In this document: in pieces, positions 49,827 through 60,590 of the stretch
Layout: the number at the start of each line of letters is the position of its first letter
How positions within the stretch are numbered: the stretch's first letter is position 1
Assembly (NCBI GenBank): GCA_036396535.1
Contig: DASWKR010000028.1
Span: 17,434-81,433, forward strand
DNA length: 64,000 nucleotides
Source: Acidimicrobiia bacterium
GTDB lineage: Bacteria; Actinomycetota; Acidimicrobiia; Spongiisociales; UBA5794
Direction: 5' to 3'
Notes under the pieces: model-generated
Told to the model about the DNA's origin: nothing
The model's input: only the letters and a program-made list of their open reading frames with translations
The model's database searches: none
Translations under genes and position numbers: made by a program

Positions 49827-50394
49827 CTTCCGTATTGTCGGGATTTCCCGACCCAATGTCAACCGGACGTCGAGAGCCGCGCCCTCCGAGCACCCAGACC
49901 GCCACAGCGGCGAGGGCAGCCGCCGCGGCAGCCAGCCCCAGCCAGCCCCACCGGCGGGTGTCCCCGTCGCCCGGATCTTCGATGGCCGGATCTTCGATGG
50001 CCGGATCTTCGATGGGTCGTGTCGTGCCTCCGCCGGAAACCTGCTGCAGCGCGGCCGGATCGACCCCGAGCTCGACCAGGGTGTGCACCTCGGAGACGAC
50101 TGCGGTCGTCCCCGACTCGGCGATCAACTCGAAGCCCATGCGGAGGTCGGGTCGGATCGGAACGGTCACGATCCCCTGCCACACCCCTGACCGCACGTTC
50201 GAGAGGGCGACCGGGGGAAGCTCGGCGCCATCCACGCCGACGGTCCGCGCCAGGACCGCAACGGCGCCCACCTCGACCTCGACCGTCACGCTGAGCTGGA
50301 GCTCGCCGTTGCCTGCCCGGATGGCGCTCACCTCGGCCTCACCGAACGGGGCGGCGAGCGTGACGGAGAGCAGCATGGCCAGCAGCGTCGGCAC
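49798..50394 (-). CDS. hypothetical exported protein with IEDPA x3 repeat and C-terminal TM anchor
   Basis: [24 protein letters not shown] signal-like N-terminus, a beta-rich middle, [15 protein letters not shown] (15-nt DNA repeat x3 at about 49971-50015), then the [27 protein letters not shown]. It overlaps the ArsR start by about 29 nt. Confidence 0.45.
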   Translation of the reverse strand: MPTLLAMLLSVTLAAPFGEAEVSAIRAGNGELQLSVTVEVEVGAVAVLARTVGVDGAELPPVALSNVRSGVWQGIVTVPIRPDLRMGFELIAESGTTAVVSEVHTLVELGVDPAALQQVSGGGTTRPIEDPAIEDPAIEDPGDGDTRRWGWLGLAAAAAALAAVAVWVLGGRGSRRPVDIGSGNPDNTEDVDHTSAGT

Positions 50395-50447
50395 AGAGGC
50401 AGGTTACCGTCGGCAAGGGTTCTCGACGGGTTGCCTACTATCCGACG

Positions 50448-51845
50448 ATGGCTGCCAGCACCCTGTTCGACAAGGTCTGGGCCGACCATCTCGTCGAGGA
50501 TGGCGACCCTGCCTTGATCTTCGTCGACCTGCACCTCGTCCACGAGGTCACGTCTCCGCAGGCGTTCGAGTCGCTCGAGCTGTCCGGCCGTCCGGTCCGC
50601 CGCCCCGACCTCTGCCTGGCGACGATCGACCATGGCGTGCCGACGGAGGGGAGAGCCCTCGGTATCCAGGATCCGCTCTCTCGCCGGCAGATCGACACTC
50701 TGGTGGAGAACTGCCGCAGGCACGGGATCACGCTGTTCGGGATCGACGATCCGCGCCAGGGCATCGTGCACGTGATCGGCCCGGAGCAGGGCGTCACCCA
50801 GCCCGGGATGACGATCGTCTGCGGCGACTCGCACACCTCGACCCACGGCGCCTTCGGGGCGTTGGCTTTCGGGATCGGAACCAGCGAGGTCGAGCACGTG
50901 CTGGCGACGCAGACGCTGTCGCAGACCAAGCCCAAGTCCATGGCGATCAACGTCGAAGGCACCCTGCCGACCGGGGTGACGGCGAAGGACGTGATTCTCG
51001 GCATCATCAACCGCATCGGCGTCGCAGGCGGCACCGGCCACGTCATCGAGTACCGGGGCTCGACGATCCGGTCTCTGTCGATGGAGGGTCGGATGACGAT
51101 CTGCAACATGTCCATCGAGGGCGGGGCCAGAGCCGGGATGATCGCCCCGGACGACACGACGTACGAGTACCTCGTGGGAAAGCCTCACGCCCCGATCGGT
51201 GCCGCGTGGGACGATGCCCTGGCGTACTGGGAGAGCTTGCCAACGGACGAAGGGGCGCTCTTCGACGCCGAGGTCGACCTGAGAGCCGCCGACCTGGCGC
51301 CCTTCGTGTCGTGGGGCACCAATCCGGCACAGAGCGTCCCGGTCACGGGGCGGGTGCCCTTCCCTGACGACTTCGACGATCCGCTCGACCGCGACGCCAC
51401 CGAGCGAGCACTGGCGTACATGGACCTCGAGCCGGGCACGGCCATCGAGGAGATAAGGATCGACCGGGTCTTCTTCGGTTCGTGCACGAACGCCAGGATC
51501 GAGGACCTGCGGGCGGCCGCCCCGCTCCTGGAAGGCAAGACGGTCCACCCGGACGTCTCGGCGATGGTGGTCCCCGGTTCGGGGCTCGTGAAGATGGAGG
51601 CCGAAGCAGAGGGCCTCGACAGGGTCTTCAAGGAGGCGGGCTTCGAGTGGCGAGACGCCGGCTGCTCGATGTGCCTCGGCATGAACCCGGACATCCTCGC
51701 GCCCGGCGAGCGATGCGCCTCGACGTCCAACCGGAACTTCGAGGGCCGCCAGGGAAGGGGCGGGCGAACCCACCTCGTGAGTCCCGAGATGGCGGTCGCC
51801 GCCGCCGTCGAAGGCCACTTCGTCGACGTGAGGAGGTGGACGTGA
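50448..51845 (+). CDS. leuC: 3-isopropylmalate dehydratase large subunit
   Basis: Aconitase-family motifs, and the MCLGMNPD cluster-ligand region. Confidence 0.95.
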   Translation: MAASTLFDKVWADHLVEDGDPALIFVDLHLVHEVTSPQAFESLELSGRPVRRPDLCLATIDHGVPTEGRALGIQDPLSRRQIDTLVENCRRHGITLFGIDDPRQGIVHVIGPEQGVTQPGMTIVCGDSHTSTHGAFGALAFGIGTSEVEHVLATQTLSQTKPKSMAINVEGTLPTGVTAKDVILGIINRIGVAGGTGHVIEYRGSTIRSLSMEGRMTICNMSIEGGARAGMIAPDDTTYEYLVGKPHAPIGAAWDDALAYWESLPTDEGALFDAEVDLRAADLAPFVSWGTNPAQSVPVTGRVPFPDDFDDPLDRDATERALAYMDLEPGTAIEEIRIDRVFFGSCTNARIEDLRAAAPLLEGKTVHPDVSAMVVPGSGLVKMEAEAEGLDRVFKEAGFEWRDAGCSMCLGMNPDILAPGERCASTSNRNFEGRQGRGGRTHLVSPEMAVAAAVEGHFVDVRRWT

Positions 51846-52444
51846 GAGCCGTCACGATCATCGAGGGACAGATGGCCCCGCTGCCGCGGGCGAACGTCGA
51901 CACCGACCAGATCATCCCCAAGCAGTTCCTGAAGCGCATCGAGCGGTCCGGCTTCGGGCCGTTCCTGTTCTACGACTGGGCGGTTGACGAGGAGGGCGAG
52001 CTCGTCCCGGACTTCATCATCAATCGCCCCGAGTACCAGGGTGCCAAGGTGCTGGTCACCGGCCCGAACTTCGGCTCGGGGTCGTCACGCGAGCACGCCC
52101 CGTGGGCCCTGGAGGACCGCGGTTTCGAGGCGATCATCGCCCCGTCGTTCGCCGACATCTTCCGCGGTAACTGCCACAAGATCGGGCTCGTACCGGTGCA
52201 ACTCGCCCAGCACGAGGTCAACCACCTCATGGGGCTCGCCGAAGATCCGCGCAACGCAGTGACGATCGACATAGCCAACGATCAGGTGATCGCCGAGGGC
52301 TTCGAGGCGACGTTCGACCTCGACCCGTTTGCCAAGCACTGCCTGGTGAACGGGTTGGATCACATCGCGCTCACGATGCAGCATGCCGGCGCAATCGGCG
52401 AGTTCGAAGCGGCTCGACCGCCCTTCAAGCCGTCTCTGGCATGA
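51842..52444 (+). CDS. leuD: 3-isopropylmalate dehydratase small subunit
   Basis: GTG start overlapping the leuC TGA (GTGA). A GAGGAGG SD lies upstream. Aconitase swivel domain ([17 protein letters not shown]). Confidence 0.92.
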   Translation: MRAVTIIEGQMAPLPRANVDTDQIIPKQFLKRIERSGFGPFLFYDWAVDEEGELVPDFIINRPEYQGAKVLVTGPNFGSGSSREHAPWALEDRGFEAIIAPSFADIFRGNCHKIGLVPVQLAQHEVNHLMGLAEDPRNAVTIDIANDQVIAEGFEATFDLDPFAKHCLVNGLDHIALTMQHAGAIGEFEAARPPFKPSLA

Positions 52445-52561
52445 ATGGGCCGGCGCCTTCGCCGTCCTGAGCAGGGCGAAGCTTCATTTCTCGCCGTGGT
52501 TCTCGCCGTGGTCGTGGTGGTGGTCCCGGGAGCCCCGACCGGGCTCGCCCTCAGCGGTTCG

Positions 52562-52711
52562 TCAACACCCGGGCTCGCCGTGATTTCCGCAGCAGGCTGA
52601 CCCCGTCCTCAGCTTGATCCCGGTGTTCTTGAGCGACAAACGCAGCTTCTTCGCCGTCGACGCCTCGTACGTGCTCCAGTTGTCGAAGAAGTCGCGCACA
52701 ACGTTTGCCAT
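52562..52711 (-). CDS. possible small Cys-containing protein (49 aa) in a lower-GC patch
   Basis: MANVVRDFFDNWSTYEASTAKKLRLSLKNTGIKLRTGSACCGNHGEPGC*. The local GC is noticeably lower than the surroundings. The upstream in-frame part of the listed 103-aa ORF is Arg/Ser junk. Confidence 0.3.
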   Translation of the reverse strand: MANVVRDFFDNWSTYEASTAKKLRLSLKNTGIKLRTGSACCGNHGEPGC

Positions 52712-52742
52712 CCATCGAATGTAGCCGTCGCCGACTCGCCGG

Positions 52743-53108
52743 TCAGCCGGCGAGCGGTGGGTCCACTGCCACGCTCGGCCAACCGAGCGGAGGATCGACC
52801 GCCACGCTCGGGAGCTCGAGCAGCGGATCGATTGCGACGTCGGGTGCACCGAAGATCGGATCGACTGCCGCATCGGGATTGTCGAGCAGCGGGTCGACTG
52901 CGACGTCGGGTGCGTCGAGCGGCGAATCGATTGCGATCTCAGGCGTGCCGGTATCGGCCACGACGGACTGCTCGTTGACGGGCTCGTCGACTTCTCGGGG
53001 TGAGGAGCTATCGGCGTCGAGCGCCGCCGCCAGACCGAATGTTCCCAGTCCGATGAGGAGCGCCAGCAAGAGTGCGTCTGCGATCCTCGCCAAACGTTCG
53101 TCGTCCAT
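52743..53108 (-). CDS. single-TM protein with five and a half 11-aa tandem repeats (A[VI]DP[LP]L[DE]xPDV)
   Basis: MDDERLARIADALLLALLIGLGTFGLAAAL (TM) ... AIDSPLDAPDVAVDPLLDNPDAAVDPIFGAPDVAIDPLLELPSVAVDPPLGWPSVAVDPPLAG*. It is encoded by about 33-nt tandem DNA repeats (about 52790-52960). The strand assignment is uncertain. Confidence 0.45.
   Translation of the reverse strand: MDDERLARIADALLLALLIGLGTFGLAAALDADSSSPREVDEPVNEQSVVADTGTPEIAIDSPLDAPDVAVDPLLDNPDAAVDPIFGAPDVAIDPLLELPSVAVDPPLGWPSVAVDPPLAG
52790..52960. repeat. approximately 33-bp tandem repeat array (5-6 copies, cggatcgattgcgacgtcgggtgcaccgaagat-like)
   Basis: Read directly from the sequence. It is open in a frame on both strands. 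Confidence 0.7.
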
Positions 53109-53199
53109 GCCGCTACGACGCCCGCGGCTCCGGCCCGGTTCCGTCTGTGCCACCGGCGGGAACCGGTCCGCGGTGATCCGTCGTTTCTCAGTCACACTG

Positions 53200-54201
53200 A
53201 TGTCGGTGAAACTCCTGCCCTCGATCGTGCTCGCATGCAGCGTCCTCGCTGCGTGTGGGGGACGCGCAGATCAGACGACGACGCTCGCCACCACCTCGAC
53301 GACACGCGAAGCGGCAGTCTCGACGACCGTCGCTGCGACGACGGCAACGGAACCGGACACCACGCCGCCCGAGCTGACGGTGATCGACCCCGAGCCGAAC
53401 GCGGTTGTCTTCCAATCCGTCTACACGTTCCGAGGAACGACCGAGCCGGGAGCCGCGGTCGTCGCCGCCGGCCGGTACGCGGCCGACGTGGCCGATGACG
53501 GGAGCTGGTCGGTGGTCCTCGTCCTCACCGAGGGAGGCAACCTGGCGGTGTTCGTGGCGACGGACTCCGCTGGGAACGAGGAGCGAGTGAGCTTGCAGGT
53601 GGCGTATCACCCGCAGTTCGAGGGCGACTGCGGCGACCTGCCCCGCGACGTCATCCCCGACGGCGTGTCCGATTTGGACGCCGGCTTCGGCGACGTCGAC
53701 GGGGACGGCCGGCAGGACACGATCACCGTCTACAACATCGACGGAGTCGGCTATCTCCACTTCGCCCTCGGGTACGGTTGGAGCGTGCAGTCCAGGCTCG
53801 CCCGTGCAACGCCGGGCGGCGTGGAGCGGGTCGTCGACATGGGAGGGCCGGTCGTATTGCTCCGTCTCGACGAGAGCAGCGATGGAAGCGCATACGGCCT
53901 GTACGCCCTCCACGGTTGCGAGATCGTCGCCGTGCCGGAACCGGACGGCTCCGTCCCCACACTGTTCCGCGGGTTCCGCGACTCCGACGCCGGATGGTTC
54001 TCTTGCAGCCCCGACGGGGTGACCCAAGTGCTCGCCTTCATCGAAGGCGGTGAGGTGCATGCGCAGTTCCACGAGTACCTGTACGACCCGGCGGCGGCGA
54101 GCGTCACCGAGGTGAGCGCCACCGAGACCGTCGAGAGCGGCAGTCTCTCCGACGTCACAGCCCGGCTCATGGGCGTGTACCCCTCGTGTGTCGACGGCTG
54201 A
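53200..54201 (+). CDS. lipoprotein with bacterial Ig-like (Big) domain and C-terminal Asp-rich beta domain
   Basis: MSVKLLPSIVLACSVLAACGG lipobox, a Thr-rich linker, PPELTVIDPEPNAVVFQSVYTFRGTTEPGAAVVAAGRYAADVADDGSWSVVLVLTEGGNLAVFVATDSAGNEE (typical Big-domain pattern), and DVDGDGRQD (calcium-binding-like). The real start is the internal ATG; the listed 498-aa ORF upstream part is the antisense of the repeat array. Confidence 0.75.
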   Translation: MSVKLLPSIVLACSVLAACGGRADQTTTLATTSTTREAAVSTTVAATTATEPDTTPPELTVIDPEPNAVVFQSVYTFRGTTEPGAAVVAAGRYAADVADDGSWSVVLVLTEGGNLAVFVATDSAGNEERVSLQVAYHPQFEGDCGDLPRDVIPDGVSDLDAGFGDVDGDGRQDTITVYNIDGVGYLHFALGYGWSVQSRLARATPGGVERVVDMGGPVVLLRLDESSDGSAYGLYALHGCEIVAVPEPDGSVPTLFRGFRDSDAGWFSCSPDGVTQVLAFIEGGEVHAQFHEYLYDPAAASVTEVSATETVESGSLSDVTARLMGVYPSCVDG

Positions 54202-54622
54202 ACCGAATCCCGCCCGTTGCTTGCGTCGGCACCGTCCTAGCCTGCCGGACACGGTGGAGCGGCCAACGAGACACGAGCAGGCTCAGGCGATCCTCCAGCT
54301 GAAGGGGGCCCGCCTCGCCTCCCGGATCATCGGCAGGCACGCCAGAACGGCCTCCGACTATGAAGAGGCCTTCAACCTCGAGCTCGTGGACCTCATCAGC
54401 GAGATCACCACCCCCGCCGCCCTTCTGGCGCTCGGCCGCAACGTGGTCGGCCCGGCGGACGGGTTGTACGTCCTCGACGACGGAGATACGTACCGGGTCT
54501 ACCTGCAGGACCGCGGCGACATCCGCTCGGCAGTGAGTGGGGCCTCGTTCGAGGAGGCGAGGACTGCAGCCGTCGAGTGCATCCTTCGTCTGGGAGGGCT
54601 CCCCTACCGCCCGCCCGGTTGA
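54188..54622 (+). CDS. hypothetical protein (about 125-144 aa), likely co-transcribed with the Big-domain lipoprotein
   Basis: Well-behaved non-repetitive sequence (...DYEEAFNLELVDLISEITTPAALLALGRNVVGPADGLYVLDDGDTYRVYLQDRGDIRSAVSG...). There is no internal ATG; the start is GTG 54188 or GTG about 54251. Confidence 0.45.
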   Translation: MSTAEPNPARCLRRHRPSLPDTVERPTRHEQAQAILQLKGARLASRIIGRHARTASDYEEAFNLELVDLISEITTPAALLALGRNVVGPADGLYVLDDGDTYRVYLQDRGDIRSAVSGASFEEARTAAVECILRLGGLPYRPPG

Positions 54623-55408
54623 TCAGGCCCTCGCCGCCACCACGTCGTTGAGGACGTCCGGCCGGTCGGTGACGATCCCGTCGACGCCGAGGTCGAGCAG
54701 CCTGTGCATGTCCGCCGCGTCGTCGACCGTCCACGTGTGGACCTGGGCTCCCGTGGCGTGGGCTCCGTCGATGAACCTCCTGTCGATCGGCATGCCCCGT
54801 TGGTCGAACGGCACCTGGTACGCGGTGGCCCCGACCCGGGGGGACCGGCCGAGGCGCGACGCCACCCACATCGCAACGGACGCCGCCGAGCCTGCCGAGG
54901 TCGCCACCTGTCCGCCGGTCAGCCGCGTGAAGCGCGCGATCCTGCGGTCCGAGAAGGAGGCGATCAGCACGCTGGGCCGACGATCGAGGCGCTCGACGAT
55001 CTCGGCTACCGCCTCGGGCGTTCCGGTGGCCTTCAAGTCGATGTTGAAGTGCACGTCCGGCCACGTCGCCAGCACGTCCTCGAGAGCGGGGATCCCGATC
55101 CCCTCGCCCCGATACGGGAAGTCGCCGGAGGGCTGGTACGTGAAGGCGGCATCGAGCTGTGAGAGCTCGTCGAAGCGCCAATCGGCGACACGCCCGGTGC
55201 CGTTCGTGAGCCGGTCGAGCGTTGCGTCGTGGAACACCACGACGACTCCGTCCCTCGTCAGGCGCACATCGGTCTCGAGGTAGCGATAGCCGAGGTCCAC
55301 CGCACCCTGGAACGCCTCCATCGTGTTCTCGGGCCAGAGCAGACGGCTCCCGCGGTGAGCAAGGCGGATGGGGTGCTCCTTCGAGAGGTATGGATGGATC
55401 GTGCTCAC
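54623..55408 (-). CDS. glycerophosphodiester phosphodiesterase
   Basis: GDPD motifs HRGS, ENT, ETDVRLTRDGVVVVFHD. GTG start (VSTIHPYL). Confidence 0.85.
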   Translation of the reverse strand: MSTIHPYLSKEHPIRLAHRGSRLLWPENTMEAFQGAVDLGYRYLETDVRLTRDGVVVVFHDATLDRLTNGTGRVADWRFDELSQLDAAFTYQPSGDFPYRGEGIGIPALEDVLATWPDVHFNIDLKATGTPEAVAEIVERLDRRPSVLIASFSDRRIARFTRLTGGQVATSAGSAASVAMWVASRLGRSPRVGATAYQVPFDQRGMPIDRRFIDGAHATGAQVHTWTVDDAADMHRLLDLGVDGIVTDRPDVLNDVVAARA

Positions 55409-55448
55409 ACCCCCAGTCTGGCAACCATGCGACGGTCGACGAGCGCCG

Positions 55449-56684
55449 TCAGCCGAACGACTCGGGCAGCGGCGTCGGCGCGGCGACGGTGACGCCGTCC
55501 TTGAGCACAGCGTGGACGAGCGGGCTGTCCGGGCGGTACGCCAGGTGGACATGGCTTGGCGCGTCGAGGACGACGATGTCGGCGGCGGCTCCCGGCCGCA
55601 GCCATCCCTTCGAGCGCTCCCGAAGAGCGAGAGCGCCTCCCCGCGTCGCGCTCCACAGGGCGTCATCCGGGGACATGCCCATCTCGAGAGTTGCCAGAGC
55701 GATGACGAACGGCATCGTGAGGACGTAGCTGGTACCCGGGTTGGCGTCCGTGGCGATGGCGATCGTCACTCCCGCCGCGGCGATCCTTCGAGCGTCGGGC
55801 TGAGGCAGCCGCATCGAGAACGAGACGCCGGGCAGGAGAACGGCGACTGTTCCTGCCTTCTCCATCGCCGCCAGCTCGTCCCCTGTGACATGATCGAGGT
55901 GGTCGGCGGAGGCGGCGCCCACCTCGGCGGCGAGCCCGGCTCCGCCGGACGAAGCGAGCTGGCAGGCGTGGAGGCGGGGCACGAGACCATGGCTTTTCGC
56001 CGCTTCGACGATCCGCCTCGTCTCGGCAACCGTGAAGACGCCCTCGTCACAGAACACGTCGCAGAACCGCGCCAGCGGGGCGCACCTCGGGAGGATATCG
56101 CCGACGACGTCTTCCACGTAGGCGTCCCGGCCGCCCGGCCATTGGCGTGGAACCGTGTGCACCAGGTAGGTCGAGGCGACGTCGAGCGGAAGCTGCTCCA
56201 TCACCGCCCCGGCGATCTCGAGGAGGCGCTCCTCACCGGGGCCGTCGAGGGCGTACCCGGACTTGATCTCGACGGTCGTCGTGCCCGCTGCGAGCATCGT
56301 GGCCGCCCTGGCCCGGGTGGCCTCGAGGAGATCGGCCGTCGCCGCAGCGACGGTGGCGGCGACCGTCGCCTCGATCCCGCCACCGGACGCCAGGATCTCC
56401 TCGTAGGCGCGCCCTGCGAGCCGCTCGCCGAACTCGCCCGCCCTGTCGCCCCCGAAGACGAGATGCGTGTGCGAGTCGACGAACCCGGGCACCGCGGATC
56501 GTCCTTCGAAGGCAACGCTCGGCATGGCCTGGAAGTCACCAGGGAGCTCGCCGCGCTTGCCGACCCATGCGATCGTCCCGTCGACGATGGCGATGGCGGG
56601 GTCGGTGACGATGCCGAGCCTGCTCCCGTGGGCTGGATCGTTGGTGACGACCTGGCTGAGGTCGGTGAGGACGAGATCGCTCAC
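55449..56684 (-). CDS. hutI: imidazolonepropionase
   Basis: Amidohydrolase HxH ([11 protein letters not shown]) and ...[13 protein letters not shown] start; an ATGA-type overlap with the hutU stop. Confidence 0.88.
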   Translation of the reverse strand: MSDLVLTDLSQVVTNDPAHGSRLGIVTDPAIAIVDGTIAWVGKRGELPGDFQAMPSVAFEGRSAVPGFVDSHTHLVFGGDRAGEFGERLAGRAYEEILASGGGIEATVAATVAAATADLLEATRARAATMLAAGTTTVEIKSGYALDGPGEERLLEIAGAVMEQLPLDVASTYLVHTVPRQWPGGRDAYVEDVVGDILPRCAPLARFCDVFCDEGVFTVAETRRIVEAAKSHGLVPRLHACQLASSGGAGLAAEVGAASADHLDHVTGDELAAMEKAGTVAVLLPGVSFSMRLPQPDARRIAAAGVTIAIATDANPGTSYVLTMPFVIALATLEMGMSPDDALWSATRGGALALRERSKGWLRPGAAADIVVLDAPSHVHLAYRPDSPLVHAVLKDGVTVAAPTPLPESFG

Positions 56685-58339
56685 ACCTGATCCATCGGGA
56701 TCGTGACGCCCCGCTCGTCCGCCGTCCGCCGGGCCCGTGCGTAGCCGGCATCCACGTGGCGGATGACCCCCGTCCCGGGATCGTTGGTGAGGACCCGCTC
56801 CAGGCGGAGCGCCGCCTGCGCAGTCCCGTCGGCAACCACTTGGGCGCCGGCGTGGATCGACTTGCCCATGCCGACGCCCCCACCGTGGTGCACCGCGACC
56901 CACGCCGCCCCGGATGCAGTGTTCAGCAGGGCGTTGAGGATCGGCCAGTCGGCGACGGCGTCCGACCCGTCCGCCATCGCCTCGGTCTCCCGATATGGCG
57001 AGGCAACGGACCCGGAGTCGAGGTGGTCACGCCCAATGACGATGGGCGCCGCGACCTTCCCGGAAGCGACGAGGTCGTTGAAGGCGAGGCCCGCCTGATG
57101 ACGCTCTCCGTACCCGAGCCAGCAGATCCTGGCGGGGAGCCCCTGGAAGCTGACCCGCTGGGCTGCCAGCTCGAGCCACCGGTTCAACGGGCGGTTGTCC
57201 GGGAAGAGGCGAGCAACCGCGTCGTCCGTGGCTGCGATGTCCGCCGGATCGCCGGACAGGGCGACCCAGCGGAAGGGACCGAGGCCCTCGCAGAAGAGAT
57301 CTCGTATGTATGCGGGCACGAACCCCTGATAGGCGAAGGCGTCGTCGAACCCTCCGAGCTTCGCCTCGCCTCTGAGGTTGTTCCCGTAGTCGAACACTTC
57401 GGCACCGGCTCGCTGAAAGCCGACGATGGCCTCGCAGTGGACCGCCATCGACTCTCTCGCCGCCTTGATGTAGCCGGCAGGGTCCGACCGTCGCAACTCC
57501 TCCGCTGCCTGCAAGGTCATCCCCCTCGGGACGTATCCGTTGAGAGGGTCGTGCGCAGACGTCTGATCGGTGACGATGTCGATGTCGGCGCCGCGAGCGA
57601 GCAGCTCAGGGAACACGTCGGCCGCGTTCGCCTCGACGGCGACCGACAACGGACGTCCCTCCCGCTTGGCGGCCTCCGCAACGGCGAGCGCTTCGTCGAG
57701 TGACTCGGCGACCTCGTCGAGGTAACGAGTCTCGAGACGGCGGCGGATCCGGTCGGGGTCGACCTCGACGCAGAGGGCGACCCCGTCGTTCATGGTGACC
57801 GCAAGCGGCTGGGCGCCGCCCATGCCGCCGAGACCGCCCGTGAGCGTGATGGTGCCCCGCAGGGTGTTGCCGGCTCGTTTCTCGGCGATGGCGGCGAACG
57901 TCTGAAACGTGCCCTGGAGGATGCCCTGCGTCCCGATGTAGATCCAGGAGCCGGCGGTCATCTGGCCGTACATCATGAGCCCTGCCGCTTCCAGCTCCCA
58001 GAAGTGCTCCCAGTCCGCCCAGTCTGGAACGAGGAGGCTGTTGGCGATCAGGACCCGGGGCGCCATCTCGTGTGTCGAGAAGCGCCCAACGGGCTTCCCG
58101 GACTGGACGAGGAGCGTCTCGTCGTCCTCGAGATCGCGCAAGTGGTGGACGATGGCGTCGAACGCTTCCCAGCTGCGAGCCGCTTTGCCGCGACCGCCGT
58201 ACACGACGAGGTCCTCAGGACGTTCGGCCACCTCGGGGTCGAGGTTGTTCATGAGACAGCGCAGCGCTGCTTCCTGCAGCCAACCCTTGCAGGACTTCTG
58301 GGAGCCGCGAGGCGCCGTGACGAGCCTGGGACCGGTCAC
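56681..58339 (-). CDS. hutU: urocanate hydratase
   Basis: 552 aa, with the conserved NAD-binding [10 protein letters not shown] and a C-terminal GVGMGKS. Confidence 0.95.
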   Translation of the reverse strand: MTGPRLVTAPRGSQKSCKGWLQEAALRCLMNNLDPEVAERPEDLVVYGGRGKAARSWEAFDAIVHHLRDLEDDETLLVQSGKPVGRFSTHEMAPRVLIANSLLVPDWADWEHFWELEAAGLMMYGQMTAGSWIYIGTQGILQGTFQTFAAIAEKRAGNTLRGTITLTGGLGGMGGAQPLAVTMNDGVALCVEVDPDRIRRRLETRYLDEVAESLDEALAVAEAAKREGRPLSVAVEANAADVFPELLARGADIDIVTDQTSAHDPLNGYVPRGMTLQAAEELRRSDPAGYIKAARESMAVHCEAIVGFQRAGAEVFDYGNNLRGEAKLGGFDDAFAYQGFVPAYIRDLFCEGLGPFRWVALSGDPADIAATDDAVARLFPDNRPLNRWLELAAQRVSFQGLPARICWLGYGERHQAGLAFNDLVASGKVAAPIVIGRDHLDSGSVASPYRETEAMADGSDAVADWPILNALLNTASGAAWVAVHHGGGVGMGKSIHAGAQVVADGTAQAALRLERVLTNDPGTGVIRHVDAGYARARRTADERGVTIPMDQV

Positions 58340-58453
58340 GCCGTCACCCTAGTTCGGCGTACATGCCCGGGAGGCTCCATGATCGACCCCGTGATCGACC
58401 CCGGACGCGCCGCGGCCGCCGACGAGCGGCGGCCGCATCGATCCGCCGAGGAC

Positions 58454-58687
58454 TCAGACCCCTCCGCCTCCGCCTTCGCCTCCGCCTTCGCCTTCGCCTT
58501 CATCTGGCCCGTCGTCGTCGCCCTCGAACCGATCCTTGACGTCGCCTGCGACATCCTTGGTCTTGTCCCAGGCCTTCTCGGCGACGTCACCTGCTTTCTC
58601 GACCATCGGCTTCGCCTTCTCGGCCACGGTTCCTGCCGAATCCTTCGCCATGCCGAGCCACTTCTTGACGGTGTCTATGAATGCCAC
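58454..58687 (-). CDS. CsbD-like small stress-response protein with Gly/Glu-rich tail
   Basis: Helical KAKPMVEKAGDVAEKAWDKTKDVAGDVKDR repeats resembling the CsbD family. A GC hairpin (GCGGCCGCCG-ACGAG-CGGCGGCCGC) lies just downstream. Confidence 0.55.
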   Translation of the reverse strand: MAFIDTVKKWLGMAKDSAGTVAEKAKPMVEKAGDVAEKAWDKTKDVAGDVKDRFEGDDDGPDEGEGEGGGEGGGGGV

Positions 58688-58762
58688 TGCTCACTCCCGG
58701 GGTCGCTGATCGTTGCCCGATTGTACGCGGCGGAGAACTGATCGTGCGGACCCGTGAGTACG

Positions 58763-60298
58763 TCACGGCCCCGACGACCTCGCCTCGGCGACGAGGTCGT
58801 CGAATCGCCCCTCCCTCAGGATGGCGGCGACGGCATCGATGTCGGCTCCGATCGGGCGATCGCCGTCCAGTCGGGGGACCCGGGAGCGCACGATCTCGAG
58901 GGCGCGACCCGTGAGGTGGGCCGGGCGAAGGGGTGCGCGCTGTTCGACACCTGCCGCGGCGCACATGAGCTCGACGGCGATCACGCGTTCGGTGTTGGCC
59001 AGCACCTGCGAGAGCTTGCGGCCTGCGCCCCACCCCATGGAGACGTGGTCTTCCTGTGATCCCGACGTCGGGATCGACTCGACGGACGCCGGATGGGACA
59101 ACACGCGATTCTCGGCGACGAGTGCCGCCGCGGTGTATTGGGACAACATCAGCCCGGAGTTGACACCAGGACGGGTCGCCAGGAACGGCGTGAGCCCGGC
59201 CGACCGCTCCGGATCGAGCAGCCGGTCGGTCCGCCTCTCCGATATCGACCCGAGCTCGGTGACCGCGATGGCCATGTAGTCGAGGGCGAACGCCAGCGGC
59301 TGTCCGTGGAAGTTTCCTGCCGACACGACGTCGCCGTCATCGGGAAACACGATCGGATTGTCGACGACGGCGCCGAGCTCTCTCGTGAAGGTTTCCGCAG
59401 CGAAGCCGATCGTGTCCCTGACGGCGCCGTGCACTTGAGGCGCGCAACGCAGCGAGTAGGCGTCCTGCACCGCATGGTCGAAGTCGTCCGCATGGCTGGC
59501 GCCGATCTCGGATCCCTCGAGCAGCGCTCCGATGAGGGACGCCGTGGCGGCTTGGCCGGGGTGCGGGCGGAGGGCGTGGATCCTGGCGTCGAACGGGCGA
59601 GCTGAGCCGAAGAGAGCCTCGATCGACAACGCGCAGGCGAGGTCGGCCGCATCTGCGATCCGCCGAGCCCTGGCCGTCCCGAGCACGCCCATTGCCAGCA
59701 TCCCCTCGGTCCCGTTGAGGAGGCTCAACCCCTCCTTGGAGGCCAGCGTCAGCGGCTCCAGCCCGTGCCGGGCGAGCACGAGTGCTGAGGGCTCGGGCTC
59801 GCCGCCGTCGGTCATCTCGCCCTCCCCGATGATCGGGAGGGCCAGATGGGCGAAAGGAGCCAGATCGCCCGACGCACCTACGGATCCCTGGGCGGGCACG
59901 GAAGGGAGGAGATCACGGCGCAGCAGCTCGACGATCCGCTCGACGATGACGGGGCGAACGCCGGAGTGCCCTTGCGACAGCGTGCGAGCCCGCAACAGCA
60001 TCATGGCTCGCACGAGGTCCGGAGGGAGTCGCTCGCCGACGCCGGCGGCGTGCGATCGGACGAGCGAAACCTGCAGCTCCTCTATCTCGTCCGGGGCGAT
60101 GCGAGTCGAAGCGAGTGCACCGAAGCCGGTCGTGACGCCGTAGACGATCCGCTCTTCTCTGGCGAGACGCTCGACGAGCTCACGCGCCGGCGCCATCCGA
60201 GCAGCAACGCCCTCGGCGAGCGTGACCGTTGCGGCTCTCCCTGCGACGGCCACGACGTCCTCGATGTCGAGCGAGCCGCCGTCGATGATCACCTCACG
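58763..60298 (-). CDS. hutH: histidine ammonia-lyase
   Basis: MIO-forming GASGDLAP (Ala-Ser-Gly) motif. Probable GTG start about 60298; the listed ORF start 60370 is in the 5' leader. Confidence 0.92.
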   Translation of the reverse strand, partial: REVIIDGGSLDIEDVVAVAGRAATVTLAEGVAARMAPARELVERLAREERIVYGVTTGFGALASTRIAPDEIEELQVSLVRSHAAGVGERLPPDLVRAMMLLRARTLSQGHSGVRPVIVERIVELLRRDLLPSVPAQGSVGASGDLAPFAHLALPIIGEGEMTDGGEPEPSALVLARHGLEPLTLASKEGLSLLNGTEGMLAMGVLGTARARRIADAADLACALSIEALFGSARPFDARIHALRPHPGQAATASLIGALLEGSEIGASHADDFDHAVQDAYSLRCAPQVHGAVRDTIGFAAETFTRELGAVVDNPIVFPDDGDVVSAGNFHGQPLAFALDYMAIAVTELGSISERRTDRLLDPERSAGLTPFLATRPGVNSGLMLSQYTAAALVAENRVLSHPASVESIPTSGSQEDHVSMGWGAGRKLSQVLANTERVIAVELMCAAAGVEQRAPLRPAHLTGRALEIVRSRVPRLDGDRPIGADIDAVAAILREGRFDDLVAEARSSGP

Positions 60299-60590
60299 CA
60301 CGTCGCCGAGACTAACGAGCGTTCGGGCACCGCCCCGTCGGGGTTGGACGGAATGGCCCCCGCGGGGCACCGAGCGTCATCCCCCGCAGCCATTTTGCGA
60401 GACGAGGGCCGGGGCTAGTGCGACGACCAGAAACGTTCACATTGCTTGGTGGGGGTGCACGAGGGGGCGGCCCTTGTGCCGGCCCCCTCGTACTGGGCGG
60501 AGCGGCTTGCCGCTTCGACCAGGGCAATAGGCGCGGCCGGCAGGCCGCACCAGCAGAGCCGAAGCCCCGGTAGGGGCGCAGGCGACAAAC

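Noticed and set aside
52705-53199. N-terminal 165 codons of the listed 498-aa + ORF (GSTAT repeats)
   Set aside because: No start codon or RBS before the lipoprotein's own ATG and signal peptide at 53200. The minus-strand reading has a start, a TM segment and a stop. The strand assignment is kept open in the findings.
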